Part shown: positions 41,734-50,791 of the stretch, piece by piece | How the letters are laid out: each line of letters begins with the position of its first letter | How positions within the stretch are numbered: position 1 is the first letter of the stretch | Assembly (NCBI GenBank): GCA_964291265.2 | Contig: OZ219747.1 | Coordinates: forward strand, 4,320,001 to 4,384,000 | Length of the DNA stretch: 64,000 bases | Direction: 5' to 3' | From: Alphaproteobacteria bacterium | GTDB taxonomy: Bacteria > Pseudomonadota > Alphaproteobacteria > SP197 | The notes under the pieces: model-generated | Seen by the model: the letters and a program-made list of their open reading frames with translations, nothing else | Told to the model about the DNA's origin: nothing | Database searches by the model: none | Position numbers and translations under genes: made by a program

Positions 41734-44543
41734 CGCCCGATGACCTTCGCCTGATCGAGGACTACCTGCCGCTGGATGTGCTCAATGCCCTCGCGTTGAA
41801 GGAGAAGAAGCATCCCCAGCGCTATGCGGCCCTGATTCACTACTGGCCAGCGCGTCGTCCCACCACGGCATGCCGAGCCTCCATCTACGCCGCATTGGCA
41901 CCGGCACCGCTCACCGATGCCGAACGAGACGAAGCCGCATCCTTCGTAGCGAAGCTCGCCGCCTACAATCCCGATTCCGACACGGTTTCCAAGGCGCGCA
42001 AGAAGATCAGGGAATTGAACGGCGGGCAATCACCCAAGGTCCTCGACATGTTCGCCGGCGGTGGGGCCATTCCACTCGAGGCAGCGCGGTTGGGCTGCGA
42101 GAGTCATGCCGTGGACTACAACCCTGTCGCCCATCTGATCGAGCTCTGTACGCTCGTCTATCCGCAATCCTTCGGCACAAAGCTGGCCGATGACTTCCAG
42201 CGTTGGAGTGTCGTGATCCTGGACCGAATGCGCAATGAGGTCGGCGATCTCTACCAGCCGATCGAGTTGCCGCAGACCGCAGAGACCACTAAGCAGGAAC
42301 CTCAGCCGGGTCAACTTTTCGACAACACCGAGCCCGTATCCGGCACACGCGTCGATCCTGTCGCATACATCTGGGCGCGCACCGTGCCCTGCCGTCACCC
42401 CGGATGTTCTGCTCCCGTCCCGCTGGTCAGGCAGTCGTGGCTGCGGAAGAAGGGCCGCGCTATCGCCGCCGTGCCGCGAATCGAAGACGGCAACCGGCTG
42501 TGCTGGGACATCGTGACCGGCGCCACCGCCCGCGAAGTATCGCAGCACACTGACCAGACCGGCGCCGGCCAGGCGGCCTGCGCGGCCTGCAACACGCCGG
42601 CGCCCGCCGATTACGTCAAGGAAATGGCGGCTGCCGGGCGCATGGGCGAATCGCTCGCCGCCGTCGTGGCCGCGCTGCCGCCGAAGAAGCCGAAGAGCAA
42701 GAGACGCTCCAAGGTCTACCTGCCACCGTATGCCGGGATCTCACTCGCGGTCGGTGATGTCGAGCACCGTCTGAACACTCTTGAGACGGAACTTGGTTTC
42801 ACCCGTCCCGAAGAGGAACTCCAGGGGAAACTGCGTGACCAGTTGCCTGCCTACGGCTTCGAGACTTACCGAAAATTGTTCACGACCCGACAACTGCTTG
42901 TCCTGTTTACCCTCATCAAGCACATTCGACGAGCCCATGCGGAGATGCTCGCAGATGGAATGATAGAGGATCGAGCAAAGGCCTTGGCGACCTTCTTCGC
43001 AATGGCCTTCGGAAGGTTCGTGATCGCGTTCAACAAGTTTTCGCGATGGTATCCGAAATATCAGAGTACAATGGGAGCAATCGGCGATCGCCAGGCCCTC
43101 AAGATGGTGTATGATTTTTCCGAGATCAACGCTCTCGCCAGCACGCAAGGCTGTCTGTCACATGCGTTTGAACGCGAAATCTTCTGCATACGGGAACTGG
43201 CCAAGATCAAGAATTCTTGTGTTGTCACTAGGGGAAACGCCGAGAAGCTCTTCTACGATGACGAGACATTCGACGCGGTGGTCACGGATCCCCCCTATTA
43301 CAGCAGCATCTACTATGCCGACCTGTCGGCCTTCTTCTACGTCTGGCTGAAGCGAATTGTCGGCGACCTCTATCCAGAGCACTTCACGCTTCCAACGCCT
43401 CCCAAGCGTCGCGAGGCCGTGGCACAACCGAGCGAGCACGACGGCGATGCGGAGAAGGCCAAGGCGCACTATGAAAGCACGATGCGCAACTCGCTCGCGG
43501 AAGCCCGGCGGGTGCTGAAGCCGGGAGCGCCCCTGGTGTGCGTTTACGCGCACCGCACGACCGAGGGCTGGGCGACACTGATCCGCGCACTTGTTGGCGC
43601 GGGCATGACCGTCACCGAAGCCTGGCCATTGCAAACCGAAGCACGTGGCCGCGCCAACGCGCTTGATGCCGCCGTACTCTCCGACAGTATTTTCTTCGTC
43701 GCCCGGCGGCGTGAACAGGCCGTCGCTGGACAGTACGAAACGGAAGTCAAGCCACAGCTTGGCCAGATCGCGCGCGAGCGTGTGCGGACCCTGTGGAACG
43801 GCGGCAAGGGCATCGGCGGAGCCGACCTCCTGATGGCAGCCGTCGGTGCCGGTCTGCGCGCCTATACACAGTTTGCCGGGGTTGACTACGCCAACGGCGA
43901 GCCGGTCTCCGCCGAGCAGTATCTGCGCGATGTCGAAGGGGTCGTGCTCGATGTGATCCTCGATGAGATATTCGGCCTTCGGGGCGCGGCGGTCACGGCC
44001 GTCGATTCCATCACCCGGTTCTACATCTTGTGGCGGTTCACCTACCGCGAATCGGCCATCGAGGCGGGTGACGCCTACGTCTTCTGCTACCCGCAAGGAA
44101 TCGAAATAGACGGCCCCGAGGGACTGACAGGCACCGCTCCAAAGCTTGTCGAGAAATCCGGTGGCAAGTTCCGCGTGCGAGACTACATCGAGCGCGGGGA
44201 TGACGAAGCACTTGGCCTCCCTGCGAATGGCAGGGCCGCGCCGCTGGTCGACGTTCTGCACCGACTGCTTTACGTGCTCGAGAAGCGGCCGGCCGCGGTT
44301 CAGGAATATCTTGAAGCAGTCCGCCCGAATGGAGAACAGCTTCGACTTGTTGCGCAAGCGTTATCGGCCCCGGTTCTCGGGCGACCGAACACACCGGACG
44401 CGTCGCCAACTGCCGAACTCGGGGCACTCACTCGGCTCAATGCCAACTGGCGAAGCGTCGTCGAGGGAGCCGCGTATGCGCGTGAAATGGAGTCGTTGGC
44501 AACCGGGCGGCAGGATCTGTTCAGCGGAGACGAATCTCGATGA
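41730..44543 (+). CDS. DUF1156-family N6-adenine DNA methyltransferase
   Basis: HYWPARRP, SAM motif DMFAGGGAIPLEA, Zn-finger C-x4-C...CxxC, catalytic TDPPY; ATGA coupling to the helicase. Confidence 0.92.
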   Translation: MTPDDLRLIEDYLPLDVLNALALKEKKHPQRYAALIHYWPARRPTTACRASIYAALAPAPLTDAERDEAASFVAKLAAYNPDSDTVSKARKKIRELNGGQSPKVLDMFAGGGAIPLEAARLGCESHAVDYNPVAHLIELCTLVYPQSFGTKLADDFQRWSVVILDRMRNEVGDLYQPIELPQTAETTKQEPQPGQLFDNTEPVSGTRVDPVAYIWARTVPCRHPGCSAPVPLVRQSWLRKKGRAIAAVPRIEDGNRLCWDIVTGATAREVSQHTDQTGAGQAACAACNTPAPADYVKEMAAAGRMGESLAAVVAALPPKKPKSKRRSKVYLPPYAGISLAVGDVEHRLNTLETELGFTRPEEELQGKLRDQLPAYGFETYRKLFTTRQLLVLFTLIKHIRRAHAEMLADGMIEDRAKALATFFAMAFGRFVIAFNKFSRWYPKYQSTMGAIGDRQALKMVYDFSEINALASTQGCLSHAFEREIFCIRELAKIKNSCVVTRGNAEKLFYDDETFDAVVTDPPYYSSIYYADLSAFFYVWLKRIVGDLYPEHFTLPTPPKRREAVAQPSEHDGDAEKAKAHYESTMRNSLAEARRVLKPGAPLVCVYAHRTTEGWATLIRALVGAGMTVTEAWPLQTEARGRANALDAAVLSDSIFFVARRREQAVAGQYETEVKPQLGQIARERVRTLWNGGKGIGGADLLMAAVGAGLRAYTQFAGVDYANGEPVSAEQYLRDVEGVVLDVILDEIFGLRGAAVTAVDSITRFYILWRFTYRESAIEAGDAYVFCYPQGIEIDGPEGLTGTAPKLVEKSGGKFRVRDYIERGDDEALGLPANGRAAPLVDVLHRLLYVLEKRPAAVQEYLEAVRPNGEQLRLVAQALSAPVLGRPNTPDASPTAELGALTRLNANWRSVVEGAAYAREMESLATGRQDLFSGDESR

Positions 44544-47443
44544 GCGCCCATCCCCGCCCCTGGCTGCAGTGCGTTGAGCTTCATCCCGATGTGCTTTCCG
44601 ACGATTTCTCCGAGGATATCTTTGCGCTCGATCTTGGCACCCTGGCTGACTACCTGATCGGCAAGGAGCAGGAGCGGCCCGACCCGGAGCTGAGGCGCGT
44701 CCCGGCGGTGTATCGCGATGCCCGCAGCTTCTTCGACGCTTCGTATCTGACGAGCGGCCTCAAGTCCCTCCTCGAAGATGTGCTCGGACGCCTTTCCGGC
44801 GCCGGAGGCAACCGGGTGCTCAGATTGCAAACGCCCTTCGGTGGCGGCAAGTCTCATACCCTGGCTGCCCTGCTGCACGCAGCCCGAACCCGCGCGGCGC
44901 TCGATGCGCTGCCGGAAGCGGCCGAACTTCCGAGACCGGAGGGTGTGCGCGTCGCGGTCGTCGATGGACAGTTCTTCGACCCGACCAACGGGAAACGAGC
45001 TTCCGGTACAGACATCAACGCGAGGACTCTCTGGGGCTGGGTCGGCTGGGCGCTCGGCGGCCGGCAAGGCTATGACCTGGTGCGCGCACAGGACGAGGCC
45101 CGGGTCGCGCCGGGCGCCGACGCGCTAGTCGAACTGCTCAAGGGCGGGCCGAGCCTGATCCTCCTCGACGAGCTGCTGCAGTATCTCATAAGTGCCGGCG
45201 GAATACGCGTCGAGCAGACCACACTCCGCGACGAGACGTTGTCGTTCCTTCAGCGGTTGACCGCAGCGGTCGGGAGTGTGGACAACGCAGTACTGGTTTA
45301 CTCGCTGCAGTCAAGCAAGCGCGAGTCCCTCGAATACACCAGCCTGCTCCAGACCGTTGAGCATCTGGCGGACCGCAAGGACCAGCGCCGCGAACCGGTG
45401 GAAGGCAATGAGGTCCTCAACGTCATTCAGCGCCGGCTGCTCGCCGGGGTGCCTGATGCGAGGGTGACGAGCACCGTAGCAGACGCCTATGGTGAAAGGT
45501 TCACGCAGATGCACCGCGCCCACGCGCAGGGTGAACCGGAGCGTCTGCAGGCAGAAGACGAAGGTGCCGCGCTGCGTGAACGGATCAAGGCGTCGTATCC
45601 GTTCCACCCCGCCCTGATCGACCTGATGCGTGAGCGCTGGGCAGCCCTTCCGGACTTCCAGCGCACCCGCGGCTCACTGCGTTTCCTGGCCTCCTGCCTC
45701 CGCGCAGCCCACCGCACGGGCGCCTCCGGCTTGCTACTCGGGCCCGGCGACGTTCCCATTCAGGAAAACGATGTGCGCCTTGCCTTCTTCAAGGAGGTCG
45801 GCCAGCGCGAGGACTTCCAGGCGTGCCTGGAGCACGACTTCGTCGGCGCCAACGCGCGCGCCCGCCGCATCGACGACCGGCGCGCCTGGGAAGTCACGGC
45901 CGAGGCAGGAAAGCAACCAGCCTCCCGTCTTGCCACCACCATGCTGCTCTACTCCTTCGGCGGGCTGCGTCGGGGAGAGGGGGAGCACGGCGACCTGCTG
46001 CCACCCGGCATCGGCGAGCCAGAACTGCTCGGCGCGAGCATCGGGCCCGACCTCGACACAACCACCGTCCAGGCTTGCCTCAAGGAGCTCAAGGAGCAAT
46101 GCCTGTACCTGCATTTCGATGGCGTACGCTACTGCTTCAAGAGGGATCCCAACGTCACGTTGCTTGTCGAACAGGAAGCCGATGCCGTCGGCAGGGACGA
46201 AAGTCGAGTTCACGCACGCATCCGCTACATGCTCGAAGAGCGACTTGCCGGACAGCGCGCTATCGTCTGGCCGGGCAAACCGAGCGATGTGCCGGATCGG
46301 GAGCCGCACTTCCAGATCGTCTACCTGCCGCTCGAGTTCGCAGCGCGACCGGACGCCGAGCAGCGCCGCGAGGCGCTCGTGCTGTGCGAGCAGTTCGGCA
46401 ACCGGCAACGCGAATTCCGCAACGGCCTCGGGCTTGCTGTTCCAGCCGCCAATCAGGTTGAAATTTTGCGGCGCAGCGTGCGCTATTTGCTCGCGGTCGA
46501 GCGAGTTCAAGGGAAATGGCGCGAGCACAACCTCACCAACACGCAACGAAGCCAGCTCAAGGAGCGCGGCGCTACGGAGACTGCGGCGACCGAATCCGCG
46601 TTGCTTCGGCTCTATGACGAAGTCTGGTTGCCCGCGGCCGGCGAAAGAAAGCTGACCATCGACTCGGTCAGCCTGGGGGGGCGCCCCCTACAGATCACGC
46701 TCGACGACAAGAAGCGCGCGCTCATTCACCAGCGCCTGATGGAACTGCTGACGAATGTTCAGCGGCGGGTGTTCACAACGGTGGCGCCCGGAAAGCTCGT
46801 CGAGCTCTTCAAGCTAGGTGAGCCAGGCAACCACGCTTCTGGCATTGCCACCGACAAGGTGCTGGCCGGCTTTTTTGAATTCCTCGGATTCCCGCGCATA
46901 CTCTCCGTCGAAGCGGTGCGCAGGGCCGTCGCTCGAGGGGTGGAGACCGGCCTCTTCGGCTTTGTCACCGGGCGCCCTCCACTTGGCGATGATGGCCGTT
47001 ATCGGATCGACCGGAGCCGCGTCGCATTCGAGCGTAGCGTCGCCGACGACGAAATCGATCTCGATTCAGGCTTTCTCATCGTTCCGGAGGCGCTACCGGA
47101 AAAGCCCGCTGCTTCGGGGACAGCGACAGGTGACGGCAACCGTTCTGGCGAAACCGCAGGTAAATCAGGGGTCAGTGGCGGGACCGAAACGAACGGTGTT
47201 GCGGAAAACGATACGACCTCCACCGAGGCTTCCGACGCACGGGGAGTCACCCTGCACTTCACTGCGCGCCAGAGCGATCTGTATGGGGCATGGAACGCCC
47301 TCGGCAACCTCACCGAGGTTGCGGGCGAAGTCACCATTGAAGCCAGAGCCAAGCTGCCAGAAGGCTACGACAGAGCCAAGCTGGAGAACGGGGTGATCGA
47401 GCCACTCCGTGAACTCGGTCTGATTGCGGATGAGAACGGATGA
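44540..47443 (+). CDS. DUF499-family AAA+ ATPase (BrxC/PglY-related)
   Basis: PWxxxVELHPDV, FALDL, LQTPFGGGKSH, ILLDE, SYPFHP, FQRTRG; ATGA coupling to the methylase. Confidence 0.9.
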   Translation: MSAHPRPWLQCVELHPDVLSDDFSEDIFALDLGTLADYLIGKEQERPDPELRRVPAVYRDARSFFDASYLTSGLKSLLEDVLGRLSGAGGNRVLRLQTPFGGGKSHTLAALLHAARTRAALDALPEAAELPRPEGVRVAVVDGQFFDPTNGKRASGTDINARTLWGWVGWALGGRQGYDLVRAQDEARVAPGADALVELLKGGPSLILLDELLQYLISAGGIRVEQTTLRDETLSFLQRLTAAVGSVDNAVLVYSLQSSKRESLEYTSLLQTVEHLADRKDQRREPVEGNEVLNVIQRRLLAGVPDARVTSTVADAYGERFTQMHRAHAQGEPERLQAEDEGAALRERIKASYPFHPALIDLMRERWAALPDFQRTRGSLRFLASCLRAAHRTGASGLLLGPGDVPIQENDVRLAFFKEVGQREDFQACLEHDFVGANARARRIDDRRAWEVTAEAGKQPASRLATTMLLYSFGGLRRGEGEHGDLLPPGIGEPELLGASIGPDLDTTTVQACLKELKEQCLYLHFDGVRYCFKRDPNVTLLVEQEADAVGRDESRVHARIRYMLEERLAGQRAIVWPGKPSDVPDREPHFQIVYLPLEFAARPDAEQRREALVLCEQFGNRQREFRNGLGLAVPAANQVEILRRSVRYLLAVERVQGKWREHNLTNTQRSQLKERGATETAATESALLRLYDEVWLPAAGERKLTIDSVSLGGRPLQITLDDKKRALIHQRLMELLTNVQRRVFTTVAPGKLVELFKLGEPGNHASGIATDKVLAGFFEFLGFPRILSVEAVRRAVARGVETGLFGFVTGRPPLGDDGRYRIDRSRVAFERSVADDEIDLDSGFLIVPEALPEKPAASGTATGDGNRSGETAGKSGVSGGTETNGVAENDTTSTEASDARGVTLHFTARQSDLYGAWNALGNLTEVAGEVTIEARAKLPEGYDRAKLENGVIEPLRELGLIADENG

Positions 47444-47495
47444 TCCTGCCTGCCAGCCGCTACCGCCGATCGAGATCTTCTGGAATGACCGAACC

Positions 47496-47651
47496 ATGAT
47501 ACTCAAGCGACTGCGAAACACGGAGTTTCAAAGCATCCGGGATTCGATGGACTTCAAGACCGGCGAGGTTGCCTGTGTTGTCGGGAAGAATGACGCAGAC
47601 AAGGTCGCGCTGCAGGAACACTTTGTTAACGGGCCTGAAGTTCTGACTTGA
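47496..47651 (+). pseudogene. N-terminal fragment of an OLD/AAA_15-type ABC ATPase
   Basis: MILKRLRNTEFQSIRDSMDFKTGEVACVVGKNDADKVAL resembles MxLxxxxIxxFxSIxDS...LVGKNEAGKTA with a decayed Walker A; stops at the IS end. Confidence 0.7.
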
Positions 47652-48673
47652 CAGGGACCGAGCATGCTTGAGGCGACCCTTGCTCTCTGTGCACCGGTTT
47701 CAGTGGCCGTTACTGGTGCACCAGAGCTTACACGGCACGCTTATCGGAGCGTTCAAACACAGCTGTCCTGCCACGCTGTTCGGCAGCGCGTTCCCGGTAC
47801 ATCGCGCCGGGCCAGGAGCGACGGTTCATCCGCCGAACGGGATGAGGATGGCGTCGAGTGCGTCCTCGGCGCAGGCGGCGTCATGCCCGTTGGCCTCAGG
47901 CATGTCGTTGACGCGTCCACCGCAGCTCGCGATGGCAACGGTGGCGGTCGTCAGGCAGGAAAGGTGGCGCGACAGATGGCGCACATGGCCCCTGCAACGA
48001 TCCTCGTCACAGGTGAAGTCGCGTACGTAGTGAAGTCGATTTCCATGACCCAACGTTCGCGCACGAGCGCCAGAAGCATCTCGGGTCCGGCGTGTTCAGG
48101 ACAGAACGAGCGCCAGTTCGCCGTGCGCCAGCAGGTTCCAGCGAAGCACGAGACGTTGACGAACGTCCGCCGAGGAAAACCGGATATCCATGTGCGGCTT
48201 CGATGTCGGCGGACAGACGCCGAAGGCTCAGGCCGAGCACACTCAGACGCCGGGTTCGGCGCCCCTCTCAATCCAGGAATGACGAACCGGGAGTTGTTCG
48301 CGATCAGATGCAGTCACCGGAACTGCTGCTCCGTAATCCAGCCGATCCAGCGGTTGCGTGCAGCAAGCTTGAACGCGCCCGGCTGCCAGCCGACCAGCGC
48401 CACCCAGGTCTCGCCGTGCAGGGCGACATGACGCAGGTCCCTTGCGATGATGCCGTGACACCGCGGGTCGTGATGCTCCTTCGCCAGACGGTCCCGAAGC
48501 CAGTGCTCACGTGCGCCACAGCTCGGGCGCACCGTCACCTTGCGAAGGTCGATGGAGAAATTCGGGGTCGCAAGAGTCATCATGACCGGCACACTGCCAC
48601 AGAAAAGATGGTGATTTTGGTTACTTCGAGTCGGTCTTCCGAGCACCCAACGGACTCCCGCATGGGAACTCTG
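47652..48673 (-). mobile_element. Internally deleted ISAs1-family element with DUF4338-like N-terminal domain (pseudogene)
   Basis: Minus strand reads LRHVALHGETWVALVGWQPGAFKLAARNRWIGW..QQFR*LHLIANNSRFVI (DUF4338-like), then NRLHYVRDFTCDEDRCR (ISAs1 C-terminus). Ends CAGGGACCGAGCATGC and CAGAGTTCCCATGC; flanks TGACTTGA and TGCTTGA resemble a decayed target duplication. Confidence 0.8.
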
Positions 48674-48679
48674 TGCTTG

Positions 48680-48706
48680 AACAAACATCCTGAAAGGATG
48701 CTTGTT
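48680..48706. promoter_or_regulatory. Imperfect palindrome just upstream of the AlbA-domain gene; candidate operator
   Basis: AACAAACATCCT-GAA-AGGATGCTTGTT (11 of 12 paired). Confidence 0.45.
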
Positions 48707-48714
48707 ATGGAGAT

Positions 48715-50115
48715 GTGTCCTTGATAGGCGAAGACGTCAAGGCGTTGGCCTCGACGGGCGAGTCCGAGGTGCTGGAGTTCAAGAGCACCACCGGAGCGCG
48801 CCGCGAGGCGGCGGCGACCGTATGTGCCATGCTGAACCAGCGCGGTGGATATGTGCTGTTCGGAGTTGCGCCGGACAGCCGTGTCGTGGGTCAGCGGGTT
48901 GGCGAACGGACAATCGAACAGGTGAGTGCTGAAATTCAGCGGATCGAGCCGCCCGCGTTTCCGGAAATCGAGCGGGTCCGCCTATGGGAGGATTTGGAAG
49001 TCATCGCCGTTCGAGTGAGCCCCGGGTCATCGCCACCGTATCAGTACCGGGGAACCTCCTATCTGCGTGTCGGCAATACCACGCAGACCATGTCCGCCGA
49101 GGAATACAATCGCACGCTTTTCGAACGCATGCACAGCGAACGACGTTGGGAGAACCAGCCCGCCGACGGGTGGACAATAAATGACCTGGACCTCGCAGAG
49201 ATCCGCAATACGGTCGCGGAGGCTGTGCGGATCGGCCGTCTTGACGAGCCCGGTGGCCGGAATGCAGAGGAATTGTTGCGCGGGTTGGGCCTGCTCCGCG
49301 GCGGGAAGCTGTTCCGGGCCGCCGCAGTGTTGTTCGGAAACACGGAGCTCCTCGAGAGTGAAATGCCGCAGTGCCTGCTCCGCGTAGCTCGTTTCCGGGG
49401 TGTTGACCGTTCGGAGTTTCTTGACAACCGTCAGTTCATTGGGAACGTCTTCACCCTGCTCAGGAGTGCCTCGCGCTTTCTGCGTGATACGCTCCCAATC
49501 GCAAGCCGCTTCGAGTCCGGTCACATGGCGCGCATCGACGAACCGCTATACCCTCCTCTTGCTACGCGGGAGGCACTGGCGAACGCCTTGTGTCATCGAG
49601 ATTATGCTATGGGCGGTGGCTCAATTGGGCTGGCAGTCTACGACGACCGACTGGAGGTGACTTCGACCGGTCCACTGCACTTCGGACTGACTCCGGAGGA
49701 TCTCTTCGGGCCGCATGAGTCGCGCCCTTGGAACCCGCTCATCGCCCGCACATTCTATCGGCGCGGCATCATCGAGGAATGGGGTCGGGGCACGATCAAG
49801 ATGGCGAACCTAGCGACCTCGGCCGGGCTACCACGCCCGGAGATCGAGGAACGGGGCAATTGCGTAACTGTGCGCTTCAGGCGCGCCGACTACGTGCCGC
49901 CTCGACACGACGACGGCGAGCTGACGGAACAGCAGAGGACAGTTTTGACGCTTCTACATAGGTCCGATGGCGCTCTGGCGCTCCGGGACATCCGTGCTGT
50001 TCTGGGGTCCCAGGCAAACGAACGGCGACTACGGGAAGATCTAGCCACTCTGAAGACCAAGGAGTTGGTGGAGTCCACCGGGGTGGGCCGGGGAGCACGC
50101 TGGAAACCCCTGTAG
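48715..50115 (+). CDS. AlbA_2/Schlafen-domain + HATPase_c_4 (RecG-C-like) + wHTH protein
   Basis: GESEVLEFKS, CAMLNQRGGYVLFGV, YLRVG, REALANALCHRDY, DDRLEVTSTG, NPLIA, IEEWGRG, C-terminal HTH (STGVGRGARW). Confidence 0.88.
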   Translation: MSLIGEDVKALASTGESEVLEFKSTTGARREAAATVCAMLNQRGGYVLFGVAPDSRVVGQRVGERTIEQVSAEIQRIEPPAFPEIERVRLWEDLEVIAVRVSPGSSPPYQYRGTSYLRVGNTTQTMSAEEYNRTLFERMHSERRWENQPADGWTINDLDLAEIRNTVAEAVRIGRLDEPGGRNAEELLRGLGLLRGGKLFRAAAVLFGNTELLESEMPQCLLRVARFRGVDRSEFLDNRQFIGNVFTLLRSASRFLRDTLPIASRFESGHMARIDEPLYPPLATREALANALCHRDYAMGGGSIGLAVYDDRLEVTSTGPLHFGLTPEDLFGPHESRPWNPLIARTFYRRGIIEEWGRGTIKMANLATSAGLPRPEIEERGNCVTVRFRRADYVPPRHDDGELTEQQRTVLTLLHRSDGALALRDIRAVLGSQANERRLREDLATLKTKELVESTGVGRGARWKPL

Positions 50116-50139
50116 AACACAGATAAGCGGATCATGTCC

Positions 50140-50169
50140 GGCCTTTCGCGCTGAATGCGGCGAAAGGCC
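50140..50169 (+). terminator. Hairpin after the AlbA-domain gene; possible terminator
   Basis: GGCCTTTCGC-N10-GCGAAAGGCC; no clear U tract. Confidence 0.35.
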
Positions 50170-50485
50170 CGGGCGCAGCTACGTTACGGTAGCCGAGACA
50201 GCCAAGGAGCAAGTCGCAGAACCGGGTACCCGCCTGACACCGACGCCAGCCACCAGACAAGCCCCTAGCTTCCGGCAAGTACCCGAAGCGCGGGACTTTT
50301 GATTCGAACGCTGAAAACCCTTCGAATGCCATGGTGCCGCTACCAGCTGAGGAGCATGAGTTACCGATGCGTGAGCGTGGTCACGGCAAAGACGTGGATC
50401 TCTGATTGTGAGTGCAGCTGACGATGGCTTGCTCTTCGCATGCGCGGGTAATCGCCGTGGCACAACGCTGGCCGCGGGTTTCTTT

Positions 50486-50515
50486 AATGAGCCAGAATGA
50501 GCCAGAATAAGCCAA
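50486..50515. repeat. Three tandem 10-mers
   Basis: AATGAGCCAG AATGAGCCAG AATAAGCCAA, just upstream of the IS1634-like fragment. Confidence 0.75.
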
Positions 50516-50572
50516 CGCCACATCCTGCAGGGGTTTCCAGCGTGCTACCGCATCCGTGTGGACAACGCTTCC

Positions 50573-50780
50573 ATGTTGGTACGCGAGAAGAACGCCCGAG
50601 GCACCGGTGTCTCTGCCTTGTGAAGAGCGGGCGCAAGGGCGGGCGGGAGCGTCAGCGGACGATCCGCGCTCTCGACCGCAAGGACATACTTCAGGCGAGT
50701 AGAGGCTGAGCCGCCTGATCGCCTCGTTTGCGCGCCATTCGGAGCGGTGGTGGTGCTGAAGGACATGGAGCCGGGCGGGA
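50573..50780 (+). mobile_element. 5' fragment of an IS1634-family transposase (frameshifted)
   Basis: MLVREKNARG / HRCLCLVKSGRKGGRERQRTIRALDRKDILQAS / LSRLIASFARHS, matching the MFVREK..YLYLVESVREGG..RQR.I..LGR N-terminus. Confidence 0.65.
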
Positions 50781-50791
50781 ATGCAGCAGAC

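Noticed and set aside
37946-47443. Complete MADS or canonical BREX system
   Set aside because: Only a Mad1-like HTH is present; there are no other MADS genes and no PglZ, BrxA, BrxB or BrxL.
48240-48688. Druantia defence system
   Set aside because: The DUF4338-like segment is broken by a stop, lies inside an ISAs1 relic, and has no DruE-like partner.
50486-50515. Short repeats as a possible CRISPR array
   Set aside because: 10-bp units with no spacers and no cas genes; no repeat-spacer array was seen anywhere in the window.
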